DNA of 64,000 nucleotides from Pocillopora damicornis (Eukaryota): NCBI RefSeq assembly GCF_003704095.1, contig NW_020847331.1, positions 62,001 to 126,000 of the forward strand, read 5' to 3'. Shown piece by piece: positions 13,668 to 26,700 of this stretch (position 1 is its first letter; each line of letters starts with the position of its first letter). The notes under the pieces were generated by a model. It saw only the letters and a program-made list of their open reading frames with translations, ran no database searches and was not told where the DNA came from. The position numbers and the translations under genes were made by a program.

Positions 13668-15260
13668 AATATCTCTTCTCACGAGTTGTGCATTCTCGAG
13701 GAAAACGAGGAGAAATCTCATTTTAGTTTTAAAAGTCTCGCTTGTTTCACACATGTAGTCTCGACTCTCGGAGAACACCTTTTTTATCTAAGGTCTTGTG
13801 GTGACTCACAGTCAATAAATCATCATTTACTAACCCTGAAGACAATTTTCGCTCTTTACCAATTTTGTTGCAACAGCCCGTTTTTCTGTGTGACTTACTT
13901 TACAAGCATTTGTGCAGGGCCTGACGGCTTTTTTCCGGACTGGCTCACGTCAACTTGTCCAGCCCTGAACACTTTACTATGGTTTGCTACGGGACTGCGC
14001 GCGAGGCCGTACCTTTCATATAATAATTACCAGTAGATCTCTGCTCCCGATCGCTACGTTTCCTATTTTCATTTTCACTGTTCAGGTGAGGTGTTGTTGA
14101 GGTGGAAAGGAATTCAATCGACTTTCAAATGACTTATGAAAGAATAACAGTTACCCGTTTCTAATCCGACTCTCTGTTTGCAATAATTTTTTTCAAAAGG
14201 TGGTGTATTGTCTTTGGCTCCCTTCGTGTTTAATAATTCATCTTTGCTGGTGTGTAAATAAGAAAAGATTCCTCTGGGAACGCTTGGTTTCAGCTCTCTG
14301 AAAGTAAACAGTTCTTAATGAAAACTTCATTTAACCTTGCAATTTTTGTTTTCTAAATTTGGCATTTCCTATCTTATCTCTCCCTGCCGATCACACATTT
14401 CTTTAGACTTGGCAATGGCCGGCATGTCGCTTACAATACTATATGAATGATTCGGAGTTTCTATTCTTCTGAAGTCAAAACCATCTGACCTTAATTTTCA
14501 TGATGATGGTTTGTTAAATGTTTTAGGTCATTTATAGAGCATATTGCGAGGCTACGCCTAGATACGAATGTTTTCTTTGAACGTCGATAATATCTCTTAC
14601 GAGTGAGCAAAGCGCACGAGCGGGAGAGACAAATAAATACGAGAAGATAAATTCATATCCCTAGGTGGACTTGTCATTCTCTGTTTATTTGATAGATTTT
14701 GAGTACATGTAGACAATGAATTCAGAGATCGCCTTCACATAAACTCAGCTTACAGAAAATGTCCGTCAAATTCTGAGTTACGTATAACACTAGTTATCTT
14801 TGCAAAAAATATTTCCCTCTCTCACAGTTTTAACTCATCTTGTGAAGATGTAAATGTTACGTTAGATAATTTAATATATCATGTTTCCGAAACAGAAGAG
14901 TTTCTGGTTTTTCATGATTGTCTGTGTAATAAATGTAGATAATATCCTTATCCACATCACATTAAGGAATCTATGGCAAAGCATACCTGTAGGTACCCGT
15001 TTGTAAGATGGTATTACTTTGCTATTCATCTGTAATGACCTTATCGCCCTGCCGGGTGGAGACAGCAGGGTGATAAGGTAATTACAGGTGTCATTTGAAA
15101 TTTGCAAGCCTTTTCTCTTATCAGCGATTGGTTAGTCAAGGCCGTCACATCATCAGTTTGGTAAGGTAGCTGATATTAAAAGGAGGAAATAAAAAGAAAT
15201 AACAGAAAAAGGCATGTTATAATAAGGTTGGATAATTCTCATACATTCTCTTGATTTAGT

Positions 15261-18200
15261 ATGGGATATCTTCTCTCCCGGACAGCGCTGTTATTTGCCC
15301 TTTGTAAGTATCGTCATCAGGATTTCCAAGTCGGTTGCGCTATTAACGACGCTGGAGAAAGATAGCATCCAGCATTAAAGAATAGGAGGAAAACTATAGG
15401 AATAAATCCTTTGTCTATGATAAACATTTTTTTGTTAATTGACGAAAATTTCGTGTCTAAGTCAGAACGTGAATTTTCTTTTGCTTTCTTTAGAAACTGT
15501 GCTTTCCATGAATGTCTGTTTATACGGTAATATTTGTTGTGGTATCATCCCTTATTTGCTTAAGTTAATTTCATCACAAGCATGACTGTGGTTTCATTTA
15601 TTGCCCTCACCATTTTGCACTGTCTCGTGCTGTATCTAAAGCTGTCTTGCATACGCAGTATTTCCTCTTATTTGACTTTTACTTTACAAATACGTAGTCT
15701 GTATTTTTTCCCGCCAGTCTTAGTCACATTTAAAGAAGATGTAACAAGGGCATATCATTTGCCCGAAGATGAAGTCAGCACAGCGGAGGTGAAGTCTTTT
15801 ATTCCAACCGAATCAAAAGACTCAAGATTCTGGTCTTCTGCAAAGAGAGGTAGCGGTACGAATTCATATGGCATGTGTTGGTTAGCAGATTTACTTTTTA
15901 GCTCACGTAGTGGAGCGTCGGGCTGCACTCAGGGTCTTAAAATAACTGAGGGGAATGTACTGCCTTTGCTGTATGACATCCGTAAATAGTTAGACATTCC
16001 AGGCTTTTTGGATAGGGAGGATATATCGTAGGCCTGGTCTCCTGCACCGTCTCTCTACTGGTTAGTGGGGGACGTCTAAAGAACCCGCATACTTTTCGCA
16101 AAGAGTAAGGAACATAGCTCCCGGTGTTGTGCTCTGACCTCGTTATCATTTATTCAGGTCCCACATTCAAACCAGCTTTACGCTTAACTGGCCAGCCTGT
16201 TTAAATATCGCAAATTTACACATATGTACCTATCAGTGAGCTATGTGCACCTGACTAGAAAAGTAGGAGCCACTTCGGAGATTTTTGGAAAATTCTGATT
16301 TCTGAAATGGAATTGGTAAATGTTGCCATTTTTTCTACTTCTTTTTGAGAAAGTACACAGTGGTGATGCAATATTTATAATAATCTCAATTTTTTTTTTT
16401 TAAAGTGCAATTTCAAACCAAGTCATCACTAAGTAAGACAAAAGAGGTTGCTCCTTCAAATGACTTTCTCCATAGAAGGTCTCTAAAGTTGTTATGAGAA
16501 TAGCGACAGTCTCAAATTGTCCCTTTTTAACATGCTCTTTTTTTACAGAGCTAAAGAATCTGATTTCTCAGCCACAATCGACGGCACCAGGAAACAAGAG
16601 AGCACTTCCAGCAGCAGCGTTAGCCGTACTAAAGAATCCTAAAGTACAAGAAGCAGCTGTAGACAAAGGAATTGAAGTCGTTGGAAAAATGGTTGACAAA
16701 ACTTTAGAAAATGTTGAACACGCACAAAATAAAGCAGCTGAATTCTTAAAGAAGGAGGTATGGTGATATACTTATCTTTTATAGACTTGTAAACCCTTTG
16801 CCCTATACTCGTCGCTAAGGGGTCCTTATTCCTTGTAAATGTTTTAAATCCCATTATATACAATAACCGACAGAGTTTGATCAAAACAGTTTTTGCGTAG
16901 AGTGAATTAAGAAACTTTTTGGTCAAGTTAAACGCAAGGCAGATTATTCACACCGCTGGAGCTTTTATAAATTTCCGTACTATGAAGCAGCAAAGCGTAT
17001 TTTAACTCCCTTGAGTGGGATTACAGTTCATCGCAGGTTGCTTAAAACGACTTTCCTCTGGCATCCCTGAAAGTTCGCCTCTCACACTTCTGGGTAACGA
17101 GAGGCATTGTGCGACTGGAGCGTCTTGCCCAGGAACACAACAGGTTTACCAAAAGGTACGAAAACCAGGATCTTCCAGCTTCATGACAACCTTTTTAATT
17201 ATTAAATTCAGATAAAGCTGGACATTACTCCCGAAAAGGCCTGGATAAGTGACGACATGTTTGTTCCATCAGCCTATCACCTGGATGCCTCCATTGAAGA
17301 TAACTCCAAATCTCCGGTGGAAGAAGGAGAAACTCCGTTTACATACCCGGCAGGAGTGGGTCAGATTCTTATGAACGGATGTTGGGGAAAAGACTACAAG
17401 ATTGGTGATCCGTGTTACAATGCGAAGGAAAACTCGTCAATATGTAGGGTAAGGATAAATATCATGAAAATAAACTTTAAGGATCAGGATTATCTATAAA
17501 AAGAAAACGAAATTCAATCTGGTCAACTATTATGAAATCATTAGTTTATCAGAAAAATTAATAAGAACAGAAAAGCAAAGAGAATAACAAAGAGAAAGAG
17601 AAAGGAAATAAGGCGAGCAATCAGAGAAAGGGGTGAGAAAGAAAAATTATCATTCAAGGAAATAACAGCTTTCTCCTTTGATATTGAAGAAATGTAAAAT
17701 GGTTTCCGTGTTTACATAGCCTGATGTAAACACGCGGGAGGTTGGGAGAACACGAGATAAGCGTAGGAAACCACGACGCGAAGCTTATCACATTTCTTTT
17801 ATAAAATAACTAATGAAAGAGGAACGAAAACAGTGTTTACATACGCTTTATGGTTTATACGTTTTATGGCCAATCAGAGCGCGCGTACTATTTAAATTAT
17901 TTTATAACGCTGTTTCTCATTTTATTTGCATGGAACTTTCCTTCAGAGAACTTTTCAATTGCATTTACCTCGACAGGATATGATTGATGGCGCCGCTTTC
18001 ATAGGTGTGGGTTTTGACGGTAGCGGAGAATAAAGTCCAGAGTCCAGAAAAATGAGCATTGTCCAGAGGAACTGTGTCAATAAAGCAACGTAAGAATGAG
18101 ACTCATTTAAACTCTGCTGCATCATCGAGTGTCTCTCCCTCCTGTTGCCTCAATAGTTCTATATTCAGTTTTCGCTTCAGTTTTGACCCCTTTTTTTCTC

Positions 18201-21200
18201 AGCTACGATGACCTAGACGTTCCAGACACCATGAATGTCCATGGTATTTATGAGACATCAGCGTTTACGTTGACCTTTGAGAACAGGGCTGAATACCAGA
18301 CATATCTTCAACACCAGGCTGGCGTCTCTGGTTCCATATTTGGCTTCAGTGCAGGAGTGAAGAAAGCCTGGGGTGGCTCAATGCAAACTAGTACTCAGCA
18401 GTATATGGCTGCCTTGTACGTGGATGCAGAGAGGTGAGTAAGCAACACTGCGCAATGAATTTGGATACAACTAAGCAAACGCTTATTCACAACATTAACA
18501 GACCAAAGAGTTCCAAATTGTTTCCAATGCTGAATGACGCCAAGGGAAAACCAAGTATTAATTGCAGTATTCATGTCTTGGATGAGGACTTTTGCCACGG
18601 TTGTTGAAATGCAAGAAAATCTCATTGATCACAGATGTTTGCACGAGGACCCTCCTTTACGGAAACGGTCGTCTGACTAACTGATGCACTCTTTGAATTT
18701 AAGGTACGAAATCTTCATGGACGAAGTAAAACCAAGTGATCTCAGTCTGTCATTCCTGAGAGAATTCATGGAACTTCCAATCTCCTATTTTCAACCTGGT
18801 GCACAGATAAAATACCGTAAGGAACATTCTCTGACTTATGTTAACACTGATCCTTTGATAATGCCCACATCCACATAAAGATGTTCAGATTGATGAAAGA
18901 ATTGGCCATTTATGTGTCACATAAATATCCTGTTCTCAAATTATTAAACTGCAAAAAAAATCGAGGGAGAAAACAGCACTAAGTAAAGGTTTCCCAAATT
19001 GTGGTTTCTTACTTCGAATGCATGGTTAATAAATTGTGCTCGTGGTGATCTGATAAGAATAAACAAACCAGTTTGAAAACCGAAGAGATTTACATATCTA
19101 CACATACAATACACATCTTCAGACAGCTTTGTTCTGATCCAGTTTCTTTTTTTTTTTGCATAAAATGACATTCATGATTAAATCACTTTTGCCATTATAT
19201 CACTATATTCAATGTTGAGGTATCCCTCAAATAAAATGAGGAAAATTCGGACGCTAATTTGCAGATTAATAAGCATCTCAAAAGGTATCACGATATAAGT
19301 GGAAATGAGAGTTAAATTTAGATATTATGGCAGGTTATAAGAGAGGAGTGGGGTGGGGTAGGGGGAAGCTTGTTCTTGCTGTATATTGTCTGATTCTGGT
19401 AAGAGAACGATGTCAGAAAATTGAGAACGATAAANNNNNNNNNNNNNNNNNNNNNNNNNNNNNNNNNNNNNNNNNNNNNNNNNNNNNNNNNNNNNNNNNN
19501 NNNNNNNNNNNNNNNNNNNNNNNNNNNNNNNNNNTATATTGTCTGATTCTGGTAAGAGAACGATGTCAGAAAATTGAGAACGATAAATGTAACCTGGAGT
19601 TGTAGACATGCATTGTTGGTCAATTTTGAGAATTTGGTTCGTACATGAGTTCAATTACACAGTCATGTTCATCTCGCTTACGCCAACAGAGAACTTCATC
19701 CAACGATGGGGTACCCACTACATAAAATCAGCGAAATTCGGAGGCCAGCTGCAAATAAGAAAAACTATGGAAGCGTCCCAAGTGGCATCAAAACATGCAT
19801 TCGCAGAAAAAATGGAGATGGAATTTAGATTTTTATTTGCAAGTGCTGGGGCCAAGTCAAGTACTGAAGGAGGTCAAGAAGCAAAAGCCCAAAACAAATT
19901 CACTTCCACTTCAGTTATGGCACAGGGTGGGAGCCAAGAGATTGCAACCATTCTCTCAGATGTGTACTCGCCAACGTTCAAGTCGAGTTTAAGGGAATGG
20001 CTGCAGAGTATTCCAAATTATCCCAAGGCTTTCCGTTTTTTGTTGGGATCGATAGTTGACCTAGTTAATTTCCGTGCAAACGATTTGTTTTCTGCAGACG
20101 ACGTCGACTGGGGATGCGAGGGGAATGTAAAAAATATTGTAGAAGAAACAAGAGGGGAGACAACTGAAAGGTACTACACGGTGACAAATGCTGATGGAAG
20201 AGTCAAGAAGTTCTATTGCCCTTTTCAAGACCGGGAAGAATTGGATGTTGCTTTGAGGAGAAGGCGTTCCAGTCTCAACAGGGCTATCGAGATTTTTATG
20301 GCCGAGGTGTGTTAAAGTAGAACTCTTAAAATAATGAAAAAAGGGCTACAGAATCAATGAATAGCTAGAAACTACGGACTGTGTTCGTAGAATTCGTCAT
20401 ATTACTCATTGATCATTTTTTTCTCAAAGAATATTGACTACGAGGTGATTAGCATAAAGTTTAACCGCTGTGTTTTCTGGGAAAAGAAAAACACTGACTT
20501 AAGTTCATGGTACTATCACCGCTGTCTCAATGCCCCTATGATCACTTTCGATGGAAAAGGCAGAATCCCTGAAAGCCATTGGGAACGTCATGGCTCACCG
20601 TTGTTCTAACGGAGTGAAAAACAAGCCTTTGGCTGACAATTGTTAGCTCTACCGCAGCTACACTGTCAGACGTTCGACTGTTATTAAATCGGCCAGACCT
20701 GCAGACTCATTCCTTTACGTACTAGATACTTAAAGACTATAAAAATAATTTATTTTGAATGACATATATATTTGTTCTGCTTAGGGCCCGATATCTGTTT
20801 CTGATATGGTGATTTCAAAGTGCACACAGGAAGACAAAACTACTGAAGTCAACGATGGCTTTTTTCTCAATACCCGTGTTCCAAAGTGGAAAGAAATCTT
20901 ACAAGAAAACTCGATCCTCACAGTTAAATTTGATATGGAGACCGATTTGGCCCGTGGGGTAGACGGTTTGGGAAAAATCGAGAAAAACATGACCCGAGAA
21001 GTTAAATTTACTGGTGGTAGATGGTTCACTGCTGATGAGTACGGCAAGTTCCACCTGTACAGTGGATATCGTAACGGAAAGAGCGGTGAGCTGAGGAACC
21101 ACAAGTTATCCATATTTGGTCTTGTCCTAAGTTATAATTCAAAATATGGAAGCTTGGATCTTATCGAAGAAGACTTCAATGAATCTAAACGGACTTATCC

Positions 21201-24200
21201 AACCTTAAGAGAGGAAATGATTGGATTTCCACTAGCACACCTGACTGTGACGCAATCGAATTCTTTCCACGATTCAGTTAAACGAGGGTCTGCGCCCTCA
21301 TCTGCAGTGACACCGTGTAATGTAAAATGGTCCAACGCCTTGCGGCTTGACCCAACAACGACTGGTGGCCGCTGCCTTCATTTCACTGCCTCTTCTGCTG
21401 GCGATTTCTTTGTTGTTTTCGCAACAATACCGAGTCGGCGCAGCTCTTGGTATTATGTGCAGATTGGAGTCAGAAAAGTTGCAATTTATAAGGTCTATAA
21501 ATGTTAACTGAAAGTGTGTGACACATTTTGATTTGTGTACGTTGATAATCATTTGTCAGCAACAATCTTAGACTTTGACTATATTTTTACTTTTAGGGAG
21601 AGAGGGAAGTTACATCAACGTCAGACACTGGATCTGTGTCTATCGGAGATGCATTGCTGTACCAGTCATACTTTGTTTGCCTTTATGAAAAGCNNNNNNN
21701 NNNNNNNNNNNNNNNNNNNNNNNNNNNNNNNNNNNNNNNNNNNNNNNNNNNNNNNNNNNNNNNNNNNNNNNNNNNNNNNNNNNNNNNNNNNNNTATCGGA
21801 GATGCATTGCTGTACCAGTCATACTTTGTTTGCCTTTATGAAAAGCCCAACAGCACTCTGATTGAATATGGAAAGTCTCTGGGTATCTCAGACGGTGGAG
21901 ACATATACCTGACGCATCTTGACGCGAACGATCCCTTACACGTGCGATTTTACGCTTTTGGTAACATGGATAAGGTTGTCAAAATATGGGACGCTCACAT
22001 TACACCACGTGACCTTACAGATGCTGATTGCAAAGGAAGCACTTACAAAGATCTCCCAACAAATCTGTGTTTTTTGAAGTGCCATGAATATTGCGACCCT
22101 TTTGCAGGTTGACCTATTTAAATAGTTATCTCTGAATTTTTGGTAATATCTGTGGCGTTTGGTGTGAACAGTCCGTACATCAAGAAGACGGATGTGGAAT
22201 TCACGGTCTTTCATTATGACATGGAATTCTATTTTAAGGAAAAAATGTTCATTGGAAAAAAAATTCATAAGTTAAGACGAGGGTTGAAAAATAATCTATT
22301 AGCCTATAGAAAGAATACGTATAACCGAACTAAGACTTTTTTCATTGCCTGATGAGTGTTTGTCTTTGTTTAGGTTGCAAAAATGCTGGTGCGAAAGATT
22401 TACGGCCCTCAGATTGTTTGGCTTGTAGAGTAGCCAAGGATCCAGCGACTAATGTGTGCTTAGAAAAATGTCCGGAAAATACACAGCCAGACGAAAAGAA
22501 GGAATGTTTACGTAAGAGTTTAAGGGTATTTAGCAGATAGGTCACGTGAAAGAGAAAACATTTTGGGAAGAAACTAGAAATGACAGGAATCCAACAGGAA
22601 TCCATCATTCTAGTGATCGTTCTGGTCTCGAAGGAGAACCACTGAAAGTTATAATTTGAAACTTTGGAGGGGGCAACCGTTATGTGTGTCTCTATAATGG
22701 ATGAGAGATATCGAGGATACCAAAAAGACTAATTTTAGCAACAGGAAATTTAATCAAGTACACGTCTTTAACTTTTGTAAAAGTTGAGTACTGAACAGTC
22801 ACCATTTACCGATAGGTGGGGGTTTGCCGACGTGAAAAATGATTTGTTCATCTAGATATTTATTTCCTTCCGTAAATCGAACAAAGGGAGGAATTGAAAG
22901 GGATGAAATTGAAAGGTCATGATACCAGGTGGTGCGAGTGGAACAAAAATGATTGGTAAAATAGATACTTAGAGTCTGATTCCAGCATAGCGGAAAACTC
23001 ACTTGGTTTGTTCCATGACAAAATCCAGAGGTCGAGGTGTATGGTATATTGCAGTTCAGATGTCATGGTTTGTAAACCAAGAAAAACTCGGCAATTGATT
23101 TATTTAATCAATGGTCTTTATATAGTCAACTAACGTTTCCATGAACGTTATTGATTGCCTTTGCAGTCACATTTGATGCCAAGACAATCGTACCAGGAGG
23201 AGTTACGGCTACTTCAAGATATTTAAAGCGGTGGCAAGTAAGTGGAGTAAAGGTCCAGGATATGCCCGCTCTTAATCACATGACATTGTGTCTGTGGACA
23301 AAGTTTCCTCAAACGAATTTGCGTGGAATTAAGATAACCGGCCTGGCCAGGTACTACGACACAAACAGAAAAAGTGGTTTCTTCCTCAGGACCGTGGAGT
23401 ATGATAAAAATGGTGGAGGTTATATACTTTTTGCCCTTGGCCATGTTCCTAAGTGAGTTCCTTTTGTCATGCCTGTGTCTTGTCCTAGAGTTATACAATA
23501 GATGTAGATTCATGGCAATTACAATTTAAAGTTGGCCAAGTACATCGTGGACCAAGTCATTGGTGGGGAAAGGTGTTTTTTTGTTTGAACCAAACTATCT
23601 TGATTACTTGGAAAAAAGAACAAGGTATCTCGGGAAGAGAATTTGATTATAATTAAAATAAAGAGAATTTGATGAAGATCGATGCGCCTCCTTTCCCGAT
23701 TGTTATCGAATGAATAATGACCGAGTTAGCAAAACTCTTTTCAAAATATTTGTAAATATTGTACAACTTAGCATAGCCACAGAGGGTAAGATGGTGCCTC
23801 TTTCGCCTTTTCGCAGGAGGAAGACCTTGCGCTTTTCAAGAGCATTTCTAGATGATAATGAGTGGCACCGATTGTGCATTGCTTGGAACGGTGTCAGTGG
23901 CGTGACTAAGGTGTACGTTGATGGTGTTCAGGATAAAAGTGCCAAATTTGGCAAATACGCCGTAGGGGGATTATTAAAGGATTCATTACCGGGAGGTGGA
24001 ACTTTAGAAGTATTAACAGTACACAGCCAGGTAGTCTATGTGTCTGAATTGAACCTGTGGGATAAAGTTCTCTCTACAGTAGAAATTTCTGAGTCGTCAA
24101 AACTCTGTTTTGGGAAGCAGGGAAATGTGAAGAAATGGTCAGATTTTTGGCCTGCCTTTAGCAAATACAAATCTCGGCACGAAGCGCCTTCCCAGTGCAA

Positions 24201-24393
24201 ATCTCCTATTGGCAGCAGCGAGGAAATGATGGAAGAGGATCTTGTGGTCTCTAATGGCAGCAATGAGGAAATGATGGAAGAGGGCCTTGTGGTCTCAGAA
24301 AACAGACCATTTCCCCCTAACGCGAAGAAAAGAAGAGCTTTCAAATACGCAAGAAAGGGACAAAAAAAATCCCACCCAGTAGCTTTAATGTGA
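15261..24393 (+). pseudogene. Secreted MACPF pore-forming protein gene, copy 2 (~1255 codons, one in-frame TAA)
   Basis: 13 GT-AG phase-compatible exons: 15261-15303, 15718-15855, 16549-16757, 17212-17448, 17977-18089, 18203-18433, 18704-18816, 19690-20306, 20785-21492, 21597-22107 (contains a gap with 53-bp overlap), 22374-22511, 23167-23452, 23817-24393. Signal peptide MGYLLSRTALLFALFLVTF; MACPF signature WGTHYIKSAKFGG; furin-like CHEYCDPFAGC..DCLACR..CLEKCP; pentraxin-like TLCLW..WHRLCIAW..VYVDG..LNLWDKVLS..GNVKKWSDF. The only lesion seen is TAA at 18031-18033. Confidence 0.88.
17683..17908. mobile_element. ~225-bp insertion specific to copy 2 (MACPF intron 4)
   Basis: Copy 1 reads cctttgatgttactgtttctcat without interruption (~5168-5190); copy 2 has the extra block between these halves. 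Confidence 0.7.
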
Positions 24394-25095
24394 TACTCAG
24401 AATGTAGCGTCGAAGCCTTCGGTGTCAAGAAAAACTTCAGAGAAGTCCACGTTTAACTCGAACTCAGGCGTTCACTGGCAGGTACGCCAAACAAAATGTG
24501 CACGCTGTGTTCAAGATATCTCTTCAGTTAAACGCTTGACATGTATGAATAACTTTAAACNNNNNNNNNNNNNNNNNNNNNNNNNNNNNNNNNNNNNNNN
24601 NNNNNNNNNNNNNNNNNNNNNNNNNNNNNNNNNNNNNNNNNNNNNNNNNNNNNNNNNNNNTGTTCAAGATATCTCTTCAGTTAAACGCTTGACATGTATG
24701 AATAACTTTAAACACTCCCTGAGTGTGGATTTTAATAACAGTGTTACGGAAGTTTTTCCTAATAAGAATTAAATTTATATAGCAACAACTATCTTAGACT
24801 CAATCTCAATATTAAAATGGATGAAAAGGTCACTGGCAGTAGTGCATTATCATAAGTTGCTGGGTAACCACACAAATGCTGTGATACAATGACGTTTTGC
24901 TTTATTTATTCTTAATAAAGGCGTATTGTCTTGTGGCTGAAGAAGCCTTAAGGTATACTTGACGCAAATGATAAGCTGAAAAAAGGATCGTGAATCCTTG
25001 CTGTATCATAACTGCACTAATCGCCTGAAAGAACTCTATCTCTCAATTTGAAGATCTGAGTCAGAGGAAAAAGGCATCAAACAAAGCTCCATAGC

Positions 25096-25494
25096 ATGAA
25101 CGGCCACAAATTCAGTAAAGGACGCAAATACGACAGAGAAATGGAGAGAGCATTTCTTTTGATTTACCACAACATCAAGAGGTTACAGGATGGGCGGGTG
25201 TACGAACGTGCTACTAATCGTGTGTCATTCGTTGCGGACCAAGTCGATTTAGCACACACTTTGCAGAGACGGTCAACCACGTCAGACCCGTTGAATGAGG
25301 GGGGCCTTCGACAAAACATGAATCACGAATCTAGCACTCATCCTAAATCTCGCTCTCTTTCCAAGGGTAAAGACAGTAGTCAATCCTATCAACAGCGAAA
25401 AGTTTCATTTGCTGATAATTGCCTCTCGAAAAGAGCTGACAAAGGGCAACGATCATACCCGGACATAGATCGACGACTGAACCGTCATCTTTAA
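25096..25494 (+). CDS. Small intronless protein, HNIKRLQD/RVxF family paralog A (132 aa)
   Basis: YDREMERAFLLIYHNIKRLQD ... QRKVSFAD; the motif is shared with the other ORFs in the array. Confidence 0.82.
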   Translation: MNGHKFSKGRKYDREMERAFLLIYHNIKRLQDGRVYERATNRVSFVADQVDLAHTLQRRSTTSDPLNEGGLRQNMNHESSTHPKSRSLSKGKDSSQSYQQRKVSFADNCLSKRADKGQRSYPDIDRRLNRHL

Positions 25495-26700
25495 ATTACA
25501 GTTAAAAGAAGACGATTTTAAAACGAAGGAAATGGTGCACAGAATTGCAAACAATTAAATCGTATAAATGATATATATACACTGTATTCACGTGGTGAAC
25601 AGAAGATGAAGCGTTTGTTTTGACGTTCTGAATGTCTAAGCTTTCTAGAAGCTACTCCAAGCAGAAAGAAACATAAGCAAGTTGGTAATTTAGAGGCTGG
25701 GATTTTATAACCGCGGCAAGGAGATTGCACAAAACAAACATTTGCTTTACTCTGTTTACATAAAAATGACGAAATACATATTATGGACAGTTTGTCTCAA
25801 ACGAGCTCAGTCCTAACATAGTATGCATTCCGACGCTTAAAATGAATACTATGCTTCCTGTTCATGGAATTAAGAACATTGTTTCCCACACTGAATTTCA
25901 CAGGTTGTCTAGATACATGAACAAATCGGAGCACTAGAGGTTGAAATCCCTTGGCTTTTCGTGCAAAATAAATAGAATCATTGCGTCATATTTAATGACG
26001 TCATAGCCAAGTGAAAAGATATTCTCACGGATCACATGCCACGGTTTTGACATGTTAACATGTATCATTGAGATCAAACATGACGAAGCAGTATAAGGCT
26101 TTATGCCTCAACTACTGGCGTCTATGGATAATTGCTAAGAAGTGGAACGCGTTATGGCGTAACGGTAGAAACCGTTTACACTTAATTGCTTTCAATTCGT
26201 CTGTTTTCTGATATCAAAGAAAAAGAAAACCAACGAAAAACATCAGAGAATTATGAAATGCTTTTATGCTGCAAATGAAGATAAACAATACTGGCGAACT
26301 TTGACTTAGTAGATGCCCTTAAGCCAAAAAATCACAAGAACCGTAGGACAAAACAAAGCGTTTTAATAATAACTTTGATTCATCAACCCGCTGATTCCTA
26401 CAAATTAAATTGTTAATTGACGTAAGCTTAAAGAAGCATTGTATGATATGACACGAAGCTACATAGTTTGGTTCATTGAGTGACCCGCCACTCTAGAAAC
26501 TGCACGTTCACCTCGCGACATTGAGCTTTAAATATAAACTTCACGTTATGAGAGACCATAAAAGTTCCGAGAAAATGTCGAATGGTCAATCTAGGAGACA
26601 NNNNNNNNNNNNNNNNNNNNNNNNNNNNNNNNNNNNNNNNNNNNNNNNNNNNNNNNNNNNNNNNNNNNNNNNNNNNNNNNNNNNNNNNNNNNNNNNNNNN

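Larger units (their letters stand above)
6700..26700. other. Five 100-N scaffold gaps (6700-6799, 19435-19534, 21694-21793, 24561-24660, 26601-26700)
   Basis: Fixed-length N runs; the four in copy 2 are each flanked by an exact 53-bp direct repeat. Confidence 0.97.

Noticed and set aside
13686-14036. ORF conserved with 1356-1547
   Set aside because: The similarity is explained by the segmental duplication of the oxidase 3' UTR region, and the reading frames differ upstream.
18031-18033. Selenocysteine or programmed readthrough of the MACPF stop
   Set aside because: The codon is TAA, not TGA; the expected residue is Tyr; and copy 1 is frameshifted at the same spot.
26521-26700. 222-aa ORF with a duplicated MRDHKSSEKMSNGQSRR N-terminus
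   Set aside because: The repeat is the 53-bp overlap flanking an N gap; the real CDS is taken as 26701-27189.
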